49,844 nt of DNA, from positions 1 through 49,844 of the forward strand of contig JAHKKZ010000003.1 of assembly GCA_029856685.1 (NCBI GenBank). Reading direction: 5' to 3'. Position numbers and translations under genes: made by a program. The notes below the pieces were generated by a model. The model made no database searches, was not told where the DNA came from, and saw nothing but the letters and a program-made list of their open reading frames with translations. This DNA is from Candidatus Njordarchaeota archaeon. Its GTDB lineage: Archaea; Asgardarchaeota; Njordarchaeia; Njordarchaeales; Panguiarchaeaceae. Positions 1-8,727 of the stretch are shown one piece after another. The first letter of the stretch is position 1. Each line of letters starts with the position of its first letter.

Positions 1-343
1 AATAAAACACCAACAACACTAAGGAGAACATCACTCAAAAGATAACCCATATAGTCCGTAGCATATGGAGCGAATCTCAATGCTGAACACTGAGACAATA
101 TATCCCCGCTGATGGGGGAGAGCTCATGAGGAGATACTACATGTATGATGAGAAGTAGGCATCTTCGTCAAGATCAAAAAAGACCTAAAGACACCAATCT
201 AAACGAAAACAATCTAAGTAAGCACTAAATTACATACAAAAACTTCAAAAATCTACTACAAATTGAAAAAACTACACATAGTAAATCAAAAAAACAGAGT
301 TATCCAGTAGAATCCAAAAAAAGACAAACCCAAAGCCCAATGA

Positions 344-435
344 TGGGCCCGGCGGGATTTGAACCCGCGACACCCGGCTGGCCTCAACAAACATTATAGA
401 AGGCCGGCGCGCTTTCCTGGCTGCGCCACGGGCCC
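344..435 (-). tRNA. tRNA-Arg(TCT) with 17-nt canonical intron (380..396, position 37/38)
   Basis: Reverse complement folds: GGGCCCG/CGGGCCC acceptor, CCGGC/GCCGG anticodon stem, loop CT-TCT-A|intron|A, T-arm GCGGG-TTCAAAT-CCCGC. BHB helix CTTC/GAGG. Confidence 0.93.
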
Positions 436-475
436 AGTTCTGTTTAATCTAAGTGTTCTTCAAAGGACGAGGGTA

Positions 476-575
476 TGGTAGGCCCGGCCGGATTCGAACC
501 GGCGTCAGGGGATGGCCCCGCGGGGGATTTTAGAGCTCCAGAGTCCCCCATGCTTGACCGCTACACCACGGGCCT
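476..575 (-). tRNA. tRNA-Gln(CTG) with 24-nt canonical intron (514..537), CCA encoded
   Basis: A1-U72 pair typical of archaeal tRNA-Gln; GGGGA/TCCCC anticodon stem; loop CT-CTG-G|intron|A; BHB helix CTCT/GGGG; T-loop TTCGAAT. Confidence 0.92.
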
Positions 576-585
576 GCTAGGGGTT

Positions 586-673
586 TGGTGCGCCGGGCGG
601 GACTCGAACCCGCGCCACCAGCTTGGAAGGCTTATGCGCATTGCCTGGCATCCTTCCACTAGACTACCGGCGC
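586..673 (-). tRNA. tRNA-Gly(TCC) with 14-nt non-canonical intron at 29/30 (632..645), CCA encoded
   Basis: GCGCCGG/CCGGCGC acceptor. Removing GGCAATGCGCATAA restores stem CCAGC/GCTGG and loop CT-TCC-AA. BHB: central helix ATGC/GCAT, bulges CA|G and AA|G, outer helix AAGG/CCTT. Confidence 0.92.
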
Positions 674-695
674 TTTGTTTTTCTGGTATTTTATT

Positions 696-1337
696 TTAGT
701 TATTATGTTTGTGGATTTTAAAGGTTTGTTTTTGTGGTTTGTTTGTTGGTTTGGTTGTTTTGTTTGTTCTTCTCAGATATTCTAGTATTGTGTTGAGTAT
801 TTGCTGTTTTATTCTTTGTTTTTGGGTTGTGGTTGTTCCTCTTGTTATTGTGTATATCTTTGTGTCTTTTCTTTTTTGTATGGCTAGTATGAGGGGGTGG
901 TTTACACGTCCTATTACACCTATTATTGGTTTTTGTGTATTGAGTGCTTTTTTAACGAATTCTTCGAATTTTTTGCTTAGTAGCTCCATTTTTCCTATTT
1001 CGTCGATTAGTAGCACTTTTGTTTTGGGGTCTGTTAGCATTTTATTTAGGTGGTCCTCAACTATCTTTTCAAAGCCTTGGACGTTAACCCCATATTTTGA
1101 TACTCGGTGGGGGCTTTTTATTGTTATGCTTGCGAGAATCTCTTCGGGGCCTCCTGGATATACTATTACTTTGAACCCCCATCTTCTCCCACCGATACGT
1201 ATTTCTGGACATATAATTCCTCCTACCTGTATACCCTTATCCAGTAGTTCTTTTGAGATGCTCATAATTAATGTTGATTTGCCCGATCTTGGGGGGCCCA
1301 TTACAAATATGTTCTTTGGGAGAAACTTTGTATTCAT
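696..1337 (-). CDS. Nucleoside triphosphatase, NTPase_1/THEP1 family
   Basis: P-loop GPPRSGKST, VSKYGVNV, Walker B LLIDEIGKMEL. Low-complexity C-terminal tail. Confidence 0.9.
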   Translation of the reverse strand: MNTKFLPKNIFVMGPPRSGKSTLIMSISKELLDKGIQVGGIICPEIRIGGRRWGFKVIVYPGGPEEILASITIKSPHRVSKYGVNVQGFEKIVEDHLNKMLTDPKTKVLLIDEIGKMELLSKKFEEFVKKALNTQKPIIGVIGRVNHPLILAIQKRKDTKIYTITRGTTTTQKQRIKQQILNTILEYLRRTNKTTKPTNKPQKQTFKIHKHNN

Positions 1338-1401
1338 TTTCTATTACACCTTATTTTTAATAATTGTATATTGTGGCTAATATTTTGCTTGGTGTGGAGA
1401 C

Positions 1402-1740
1402 TTGCTTAAAGAATTGAGAAATCTTGGTATTGTTTGGGGCGTGATCGTTGAGCGGAAAAAGGTTTCTTTGGAGGAACTTAGGGCTGCTGTTGCTGAGAGA
1501 GACCCGAAGATTTTAGAGTCCATCGATGAGATTGTTGAGGAGCTCTACACATTGGGACTCATAGACTATGAGGACAACAATATTGTTCTTAGTAATGTTG
1601 TTCCAGATAACATGGTTGAGATGCCCTGTATTCGTTGTGATAGACTTTCTACATGTAGAATTGGGGCGCGTAGCGATCCTTTTAAATGCGAGAAGTTTGT
1701 TGAGTGGTTCATAAAGAATTTCTCTGAGCATTCTTTGTGA
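1402..1740 (+). CDS. TFE-beta / RPC34(RPC39)-like protein (wHTH plus Fe-S domain)
   Basis: N-terminal winged helix; C-terminal PCxxC-x5-C-x6-DPxxC-x4-EW matches the RPC34/TFE-beta 4Fe-4S motif. Confidence 0.8.
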   Translation: MLKELRNLGIVWGVIVERKKVSLEELRAAVAERDPKILESIDEIVEELYTLGLIDYEDNNIVLSNVVPDNMVEMPCIRCDRLSTCRIGARSDPFKCEKFVEWFIKNFSEHSL

Positions 1741-2282
1741 TTAGTACGTAGATTAAGGTTCTCAATGATATGCAGATCCGCGTGAGTAAATATGTTTTTA
1801 ATGGCGAGCGGGTTAACAACTTTTTAGAGGTTTTTGTTCCGGTCAAAGTTTTAGAGCTTGTGAGTTTTGGAGAGATCCCTATAGGAGTTTGTATAATTAC
1901 TGATATAACTCCTCTTCTCTTAGGTGATGTTACCAATAGGCTTATCTGCGGGTTTTCCTGCTCTACCGATGTTTTGATAATGAAGTCTGGTATCATATAC
2001 ATCTTCGATCCAATCTATATTATCATGGCTTAGTCTCCATCGGCCTGTTTTTCGATGCCGCTCTAAGAATTGCCTCGGCATTAGGATTTTGGATAAAAAC
2101 CAAGAGTACTCACTATACGTCAGCAGAGCTATTCTTCCCGGCAAAGACTGAGGAAAATGTTCTTAGAACTCTGGAAAGGAGTGCTATTTTTGCTTAAACT
2201 TATCTTAAGGCTTGGCAGCTTCTTAGAAAAGAAAATTAAGAGCTTTCTCGAAGAGTTTTTGAAGAAACAGCTATATCAGTAG
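1737..2282 (+). pseudogene. Possible degraded or frameshifted gene (includes ORF 1770..2033)
   Basis: About 550 bp in an otherwise compact genome with only broken frames. A GTG overlaps the upstream stop, and protein-like fragments occur in several + frames, ending FLEKKIKSFLEEFLKKQLYQ* at 2282. Confidence 0.3.
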
Positions 2283-2675
2283 TTATGCTCTTTTAAAGGT
2301 AAGCTCAAAATACGTTATGAAGAGACCGGTCAGAAATCTTAATTGACTCAGTCTATCAGCCTCTACGAAGAAATCTACATAGCAAATCTTGTTTTGGGGC
2401 TCTAAGTGAGCATAGAATATATACGTTGTCCCTCTCCGTAAGCCTACTTCGGAGGTCTCACCTCTGATTGCGATCCTAGGGAAGTATGTCGCTGATAATC
2501 TTTCTTGGCCATCAGTTATTACTAGAATAAGTTTAGATTTCTCTTGTTTTATGTCTTCTAGCTTCCCCATAAACCTTACTGCGTATATATTTCTTCCGAG
2601 TTCTGAGAGAACCTCCATATCCTCTAGCCTCATAGTTAGGATCTCATGAATACTAGAAAATACATATACCATCAC
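2283..2675 (-). CDS. Single OB-fold protein, RPA2/RPA32-like
   Basis: VRFMGKLEDI...LVITDGQERLSATYF...G..Y.F pattern of RPA2/Stn1 OB folds, followed by a C-terminal helix. Confidence 0.55.
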   Translation of the reverse strand: MMVYVFSSIHEILTMRLEDMEVLSELGRNIYAVRFMGKLEDIKQEKSKLILVITDGQERLSATYFPRIAIRGETSEVGLRRGTTYIFYAHLEPQNKICYVDFFVEADRLSQLRFLTGLFITYFELTFKRA

Positions 2676-3055
2676 TTCTCAGCCTCTAGTTCTATTGTTA
2701 TAGTCTCACCGTCCTTCAGACTATATTTTGCTCTTAGGTTACTTCTTGCTACTATCTCAACCACATCATCCCCATGAACACTCCTAGCAGGCCTTATTAA
2801 CAATATCCTTTCTCCACGGAAAAAAGCAAGAGCATAATAAATTGCACCATGCCCATCAGGAGGCGAATATTTATTGCGTTCTAATCCTATATTATACCAT
2901 CTGGCATTTCTTAGTTTTATGTTGAGTGTACCTTCAAAAACTCTCTGGCCTAATAAGCTTTCAAAGAATTTTCTGTATTGGGGAAGCGAAACATAGTATG
3001 ATCCTCGACCCATGCCGCTGGTCACTACGCCTCTTATTCTCAGTTTTTTTGGCAT
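2672..3055 (-). CDS. ribK: CTP-dependent riboflavin kinase (no HTH)
   Basis: GVVTSGMGRGSYY, GTLNI, VEIVA..NLR...LKDG motifs. Confidence 0.92.
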   Translation of the reverse strand: MPKKLRIRGVVTSGMGRGSYYVSLPQYRKFFESLLGQRVFEGTLNIKLRNARWYNIGLERNKYSPPDGHGAIYYALAFFRGERILLIRPARSVHGDDVVEIVARSNLRAKYSLKDGETITIELEAEK

Positions 3056-3262
3056 TTTTATCTAAACCCAGCTAATTCTACTTAGACAAAAGCTTTATTA
3101 CAGTTAGAGACTACTGTGGGAATATACAGCCCTACTATCTATGATTCAATAACCGATAAATTCGGTTTGATTAAAACACTTTCATTTGAATGATAAGTTA
3201 TTTTTGAAACAACTTAAACCAACAATTCTAAATTAGTATATGTCCGATAACTGGTGAATTAA

Positions 3263-3727
3263 ATGAATATAGGTCTTAGCAAAGAGGAAAAGAAGAAAAA
3301 TTCTGATAGGAATACTGAGATGATACCGTTAACGTACCATGAAACAGCGGAACTCTTGGAGAAACTGTACAGGGAAAGAGGAGGTTTTAGGCTTACGGAA
3401 CAACGTCGAGTTTACGAATATGTACAGAAATTTTTATTTGCATCAAAAGAGGAGATACTCTCTCTTGTTAAAAGTCTTGAGGAGGAACTAAAAATTCCAA
3501 GACAAGTAGCTATCCAGATTGCATATCTCCTACCTATCGCACCAGAAGAATTTGAGCCATTCTTCATCCAGCTTAGAAGAATGGGATATAAAGAGCTGAA
3601 TCCTGAGGAATTCGTCTCTAAGGCTACCAAACTCATATTACCCGTGTGGAAGAAAAATCTAAATACAATACTAACACTAAGAAATATAAACATTACAGAG
3701 CTTAGAGCTGAACAAAAAAAGAAATGA
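3263..3727 (+). CDS. rpo4: RNA polymerase subunit Rpo4 (F)
   Basis: PLTYHETAELL...EQRRVYEYVQKF...AIQIAYLLP pattern; adjacent to SRP54 as in other archaea. Confidence 0.75.
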   Translation: MNIGLSKEEKKKNSDRNTEMIPLTYHETAELLEKLYRERGGFRLTEQRRVYEYVQKFLFASKEEILSLVKSLEEELKIPRQVAIQIAYLLPIAPEEFEPFFIQLRRMGYKELNPEEFVSKATKLILPVWKKNLNTILTLRNINITELRAEQKKK

Positions 3728-3750
3728 TATCTGTCCTGTGAGGTGTCCTA

Positions 3751-5097
3751 ATGAGTATTGTTTTCTCAAGGCTACGAAAACTGTTTAATAGGATCAGAGG
3801 ACGCTACATCGATGAAAAAGAACTTAATGCCATACTAATGGATCTTCAGAGGACACTTATTGATTCGGATGTCAATGTTCAGCTTGCGATGGGATTGGCA
3901 GAACGTATCAGAAAGAGAGTTCTCGAACAAAAAATACCTGAGGGCGTATCGCTCGATGTTATTGTTATGCGAGCATTGTATGAGGAACTAGTAAAGTTTC
4001 TTGGCGAAAGAAAATACACTTTAAATATACGTCCAGGTAAGAGAAATTTAATCGTCATGATAGGCTTGCAAGGTAGCGGAAAGACAACAACAGCAGCAAA
4101 ATTAGCTCTATGGCTAAAAAAGAGGGGGCTTAGTGTTGGGCTGATATGTGCTGATACATACAGACCTGCTGCGTATGAACAACTAAAACAGCTTGCTGAA
4201 AAAATCAATGTAAAATTCTACGGGGATCCTAAAGAGAAAGATCCTATAAGAATTATTGAGAAGGGCCTAAGAGAACTCAAAAAAGTCGATATTGTGATCA
4301 TTGATACCGCTGGTCGACATAAAGAAGAAAAAGGATTGATGAAGGAGATGCAAAAAATTGTAAATAAGTTTAAACCTGATGAGGTCATTCTTGTCATAGA
4401 CGGTATGATTGGGCAAAGAGCATATGATCAGGCAAAGGCTTTTAGAGAGGCTGTTGGTAGGATTGGAGGAATTATCGTCACAAAACTTGATGGTAGTGCG
4501 AGAGGGGGAGGAGCTCTCTCCGCAGCGGTTGCTGCGGGAGCTCCAATCAAGTTTATAGGAGTCGGCGAACATTTGGAAGACCTCGAACCTTATGACCCAC
4601 CTAACTTTGTTGCTAGAATTCTTGGTTTGCCCGATAAGGCATTCCTAGAGGAACTACTCCAAACAGTCCCAGAGAGGTTGTTAAAAACTAAAGAATTGAC
4701 ATTAAAGGACCTACGCGACTACTATGAGAATATTGTAAAAGGAAGATCTGGTATTCTCGGAAGAATTAAAGAATATTTTTCCGGTGCTATTAGTGAGAGA
4801 GAACTTCAGAGAAATATAGGTCGAACTCTTGCAGTTCTAAAGGCTTTAAATGGGGATGAACTTTATAACATAGAGCTTCTCAAGGATCCAGAACGCTTAG
4901 ATAGAATTGCAAGGGGAAGCGGCGTGAATCGTACTTTTGTTAAGAAACTTATAAAACAGTTCTATAAACTTAGGAAGATGGTAAACACATTGATGCGTCA
5001 GCGAGGACTCCGAAAGGAGGAGGCATTAAGACAGATTATGGAACAGGGATTCGATGCCGAGACTCTAACGAAAATAGCTAAGAAAATCGGTGCATAG
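3751..5097 (+). CDS. srp54: Signal recognition particle protein SRP54
   Basis: [34 protein letters not shown]; M-domain RIARGSG. Confidence 0.95.
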   Translation: MSIVFSRLRKLFNRIRGRYIDEKELNAILMDLQRTLIDSDVNVQLAMGLAERIRKRVLEQKIPEGVSLDVIVMRALYEELVKFLGERKYTLNIRPGKRNLIVMIGLQGSGKTTTAAKLALWLKKRGLSVGLICADTYRPAAYEQLKQLAEKINVKFYGDPKEKDPIRIIEKGLRELKKVDIVIIDTAGRHKEEKGLMKEMQKIVNKFKPDEVILVIDGMIGQRAYDQAKAFREAVGRIGGIIVTKLDGSARGGGALSAAVAAGAPIKFIGVGEHLEDLEPYDPPNFVARILGLPDKAFLEELLQTVPERLLKTKELTLKDLRDYYENIVKGRSGILGRIKEYFSGAISERELQRNIGRTLAVLKALNGDELYNIELLKDPERLDRIARGSGVNRTFVKKLIKQFYKLRKMVNTLMRQRGLRKEEALRQIMEQGFDAETLTKIAKKIGA

Positions 5098-5100
5098 GAT

Positions 5101-6225
5101 ATGCGAAAGAGAACTAGAGACAGAGTGCTCCTACTCTTGGCTATAAAGCCTCCAGAAAAAACTGTAGATTTTGAGCACATCTATGAGAAGGTCAAACGTG
5201 ATTGCGGTGCCTCACGTGAGGAGATAAAACAGGCATTAGATGAGCTTATCGCTGAGGGATTAGCTAAACGAGTAGAAAATAACTTTGCTATTACCGAGGA
5301 GGGAAGAAAAGCTGCCTGGGATCTAGCATTTGACCCCGAAATGAACCGCAGTTATCGACTTGTTTATGTTGCACGTTGGTACTACAGGTATGTCGAAGAT
5401 CTAATATTACCTTTTATCGTTAACAGACCAGTAAGCTTGGTCAAAGTTTTTTCGGATGAATCAGATCCAATAGGTAAAGTCAAACCTATTTTCTCTAGAT
5501 ATGCAAAGCAAAAGCCTAAACAATACAATTATATTTATAACAAGAGGGATCTTTGGAGATATATTAATGCACACGCAATTGACTTTATTCCCTACGTACA
5601 TGCGGATATCAACGCCAAGTATCCAGACTGGTTCATAATAGATATCGACGCAGGAGAAGAATTGAAATCTGCTGAGAATGGCTTCAAATTAATAAAAGAA
5701 GTAACCCTAGAGGTCTACTTAGTGCTATATGAGGAATTCGATGTGAAATCCTGTATCAAATTCTCAGGGGGTCGTGGATTCCAGATATGGACGACATTCG
5801 ATCAGCCGCTTGGAAAGTTCGATGCTTATCGCGATGCTATTAAGCTCATTCAAAAGCTGGTCGAACAAAGATTAGAAGAGAAATACTATGAATTCCGAGA
5901 GAAATACGGGGCTATTTTTGATACCCCGATAACCACAAGCGATGTAGCACACGCAGATAGAAGAAAAAGGAGGATATTACTTGATTGGAGTAGTCTTAAG
6001 CCTGAAGGCGACGTCAGAGCACCTTGGTCAATTCACTGGAAAACAGGGCTCATTAGTGTTCCAGTGGACCCCCACCAGATATTGGATTTTGATATAGAAC
6101 AGGCAGATCCTCGTATGGTTGTTGAGAATCTTAATAAACTGAAGCATTTATTTGAGCTTCCCATATCTAGTTCAGCTATGCTTAGGAAGGCTTTGAAGCC
6201 GTCGTTAGACCTCTTCTTTGGATAA
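5101..6225 (+). CDS. wHTH-fused AEP primase-polymerase (LigD PolDom-like)
   Basis: PDWFIIDID (motif I), FSGGRGFQI (motif II variant), LLDW (motif III), APWS..W..GL.SVP; N-terminal winged helix. Confidence 0.8.
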   Translation: MRKRTRDRVLLLLAIKPPEKTVDFEHIYEKVKRDCGASREEIKQALDELIAEGLAKRVENNFAITEEGRKAAWDLAFDPEMNRSYRLVYVARWYYRYVEDLILPFIVNRPVSLVKVFSDESDPIGKVKPIFSRYAKQKPKQYNYIYNKRDLWRYINAHAIDFIPYVHADINAKYPDWFIIDIDAGEELKSAENGFKLIKEVTLEVYLVLYEEFDVKSCIKFSGGRGFQIWTTFDQPLGKFDAYRDAIKLIQKLVEQRLEEKYYEFREKYGAIFDTPITTSDVAHADRRKRRILLDWSSLKPEGDVRAPWSIHWKTGLISVPVDPHQILDFDIEQADPRMVVENLNKLKHLFELPISSSAMLRKALKPSLDLFFG

Positions 6226-6397
6226 CCAGTACTGACTGTCCGAACCTACTTAGGGAAATCAAAAACAACAACCTATCGACTTTACACTCACCACTGTTGT
6301 GTAATATTATTACATATTAATGAGGTATAACTGTGGATACCGCTCTTAAATGAAGATTAGACACTTAGAGATTCTAGGATTTTAGGGTGAATTAGGG

Positions 6398-7780
6398 TTG
6401 GACATTGAGCATATATTTAGAGCATATGATATTAGAGGTATCGTGGGAGAGGATCTTCTTCCCGATGTCATTTTGAAGGCATCAGCAATTTTCGCAAACA
6501 TCATAACCGAAAAGGGAGGAAAAAAAGTAGCTGTTGGAGGAGATATCAGAATATCAACACCGTCTCTTGTTTATGCTGCGATGAGCGGAATAATAGCTGC
6601 AGGAGTTGATGTCTATCTAACATACCCCCTGCCTATACCCGTGTTTTGCAATTTTATTTGGCAAAACAAAAACGTTCATGGAGGAGCATTCATTACAGCT
6701 TCCCATAATCCACCACAATACAATGGAGTCAGGTTCAGAAGGGATGATGGTACAGGCTTTTCACACGAAAACATTGAGATCAGAAAAAGATTCTTCAAAA
6801 ACAGAATCAAATTCGTTGGATGGGCGGATTATGGAACTTCAGAAACTATCCAAAATGATGAAGTCATCGATATGTACCTGGAGTTCATTGCATCAAGAAT
6901 ACCCAAACCCGACAGATCGATACGAGTTATCATTGATGGAAAACATGGAGCAGCAAACTTAGTTTCCTTAAAATTATTTGCCCAGTATGGCCACGAGACT
7001 ATAGCCCTTAACAGCACAATAGATGGAACATTTCCAACGGGAATTCCAGACCCGCTTCATGGGGATGTTAGTCAAATAAAAAATCTAATGATTACCACTA
7101 AGGTACCGATAGGAATAGCATATGATGGCGATGGAGATCGTGCAGCATTTTTCGATGAGAAAGGTAGACTTGTCCCATCCGAAATTATCGGTCTATTTCT
7201 TGCGGAGAATCTACTCAAGGCAAATGATGTTATAGTGTATAATACTATGTGTAGCTCTGTGCTTAGACGAAGAGCTGAGGAGATGGGTTTCAAAACCGTT
7301 GAATGCCGCGTAGGAGATGTCTTTATGGCCGAAGCTACTAAGATCCACAATGCTAAACTTGGTATCGAGGAGTCATATCATTTCTTCCTGCCAATATTTG
7401 GTTTTCACTATGACGATGCGATTATGACTTCCATTATTGTAACAAACTTGCTTGCAAGTATGGAAAAAAGTCTAGCCAAGATACATGATTGCTATGGTCC
7501 GATATTTACAATAAGGCAGAATATTCAGGTTGATGATAAAGTGAAGTTCAAAATAATAGAAAAATTTAAGAAGTGGGCAACAAGCGAATATAGCGACATA
7601 AGTACAATTGATGGTGTAAAAATATATCTAGAGAACGGTAGCTTCTTAGCTCGCCCCTCGAACACCGAACCGTTAATAAGAATAGTTGCTGATGGAGAAC
7701 GCAAGGATACTGCCGAAGAAATCCTAAGGAAATTCACTAAAAAACTTAAGGAGATAATCACGAATTTTTCAAAAGGTTAG
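6398..7780 (+). CDS. Phosphomannomutase/phosphoglucomutase family phosphohexomutase
   Basis: FRAYDIRG, TASHNP, DGDGDR, RPSNTEP. Confidence 0.93.
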   Translation: MDIEHIFRAYDIRGIVGEDLLPDVILKASAIFANIITEKGGKKVAVGGDIRISTPSLVYAAMSGIIAAGVDVYLTYPLPIPVFCNFIWQNKNVHGGAFITASHNPPQYNGVRFRRDDGTGFSHENIEIRKRFFKNRIKFVGWADYGTSETIQNDEVIDMYLEFIASRIPKPDRSIRVIIDGKHGAANLVSLKLFAQYGHETIALNSTIDGTFPTGIPDPLHGDVSQIKNLMITTKVPIGIAYDGDGDRAAFFDEKGRLVPSEIIGLFLAENLLKANDVIVYNTMCSSVLRRRAEEMGFKTVECRVGDVFMAEATKIHNAKLGIEESYHFFLPIFGFHYDDAIMTSIIVTNLLASMEKSLAKIHDCYGPIFTIRQNIQVDDKVKFKIIEKFKKWATSEYSDISTIDGVKIYLENGSFLARPSNTEPLIRIVADGERKDTAEEILRKFTKKLKEIITNFSKG

Positions 7781-7781
7781 A

Positions 7782-8717
7782 TTACATAGACCTAGCTTCT
7801 TTTATTTTGAACCTAAACTGAACCTTAAGTTCACCATTAAATGCTTTTTCGGCGCCCTCAAGTATCCTACCTACGAGTTCACTAGCAACAGCATCAGCGT
7901 TTTCAATGTTTATTTTACCCTCCTTAAGATCTAGATAGAACTCGTAGAGAACCTTCCCAACATACTTAGCAAAGGGTGAGCCTCCCCTTACTTTTAGTAC
8001 GGGTTTTATTACCTTCTCTATGAATTTACGTCCACGCTTAATGGCCTCAATTCCTATATTAATACTTACTTTCTTTATGAAATCATCTGTTATTCCGAGC
8101 TCCTTAAGCTTATTTTCTAGTCTTATAACCTCACCATTCTGTATAAATCTTACTCTGTAGAGACCATTCTTAAGTACTTGAATCCCTATTCTCTCTACAA
8201 GTTTAGATAAGATTCTATCAGATAATATAGATTCCTTTTTCATTTCCTTTATACTTTGGCCTCTTCGAGATACTATCACCAGATTTACTTGCCTCGTATA
8301 CTCACTAAGAATCGCTCCTCGCACAGTTTTTTTGCGAGGAATACCTCGAAGATTGACATATCTATACCCTCCACCCTTTTTCTCAAGTTTATAGCGAGAA
8401 AATCTTATGCCAGGTGGCTCTGTGAGCACTATTTTCTTGAGCTCTGTAGTTTCAAGTGACGGATGGTGCATAAACCCAAATTTATCTGTACCCCCCGTTA
8501 TCTTGAATGTATATCCTGGGAGCCCTATAATCTTGCCATCCAGTATCTGTCCAATACGCTTACCGTATAAGGCATTTCTAAGTTTTTCATCTTGAAGTAG
8601 TATCTCGAATGCTAATCCGGTACCAAAGAATGCTTTCCCGTCGCTTATAACTAATATTATTCCATCCGGCTTAGGCTGTCTCTCAGATCTAGCAGGTTTT
8701 TTCTTTCTATGCGTCAA
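7782..8717 (-). CDS. rps6e: Ribosomal protein eS6 with long C-terminal extension
   Basis: GKRIG...GLPGYTFKITGGTDKFGF...RKKTVRG...QVNLVIV in the first ~150 aa. Confidence 0.88.
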   Translation of the reverse strand: MTHRKKKPARSERQPKPDGIILVISDGKAFFGTGLAFEILLQDEKLRNALYGKRIGQILDGKIIGLPGYTFKITGGTDKFGFMHHPSLETTELKKIVLTEPPGIRFSRYKLEKKGGGYRYVNLRGIPRKKTVRGAILSEYTRQVNLVIVSRRGQSIKEMKKESILSDRILSKLVERIGIQVLKNGLYRVRFIQNGEVIRLENKLKELGITDDFIKKVSINIGIEAIKRGRKFIEKVIKPVLKVRGGSPFAKYVGKVLYEFYLDLKEGKINIENADAVASELVGRILEGAEKAFNGELKVQFRFKIKEARSM

Positions 8718-8727
8718 TATCGATCAC

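Noticed and set aside
64-112. Possible C/D sRNA on + strand (two CTGA boxes; TATCCCCG could pair with rRNA CGGGGAUA)
   Set aside because: No acceptable C or C' box and only 8 bp of complementarity.
528-535. CTCTAAA in the tRNA-Gln gene suggesting an amber/Pyl tRNA
   Set aside because: It lies inside a canonical BHB intron; no splice gives a 7-nt CUA loop, and the body has tRNA-Gln identity (A1-U72).
475-699. 74-aa ORF
   Set aside because: Antisense to two tRNA genes; spurious.
709-1380. 223-aa hydrophobic ORF
   Set aside because: Shadow of the NTPase gene caused by G/T-rich composition.
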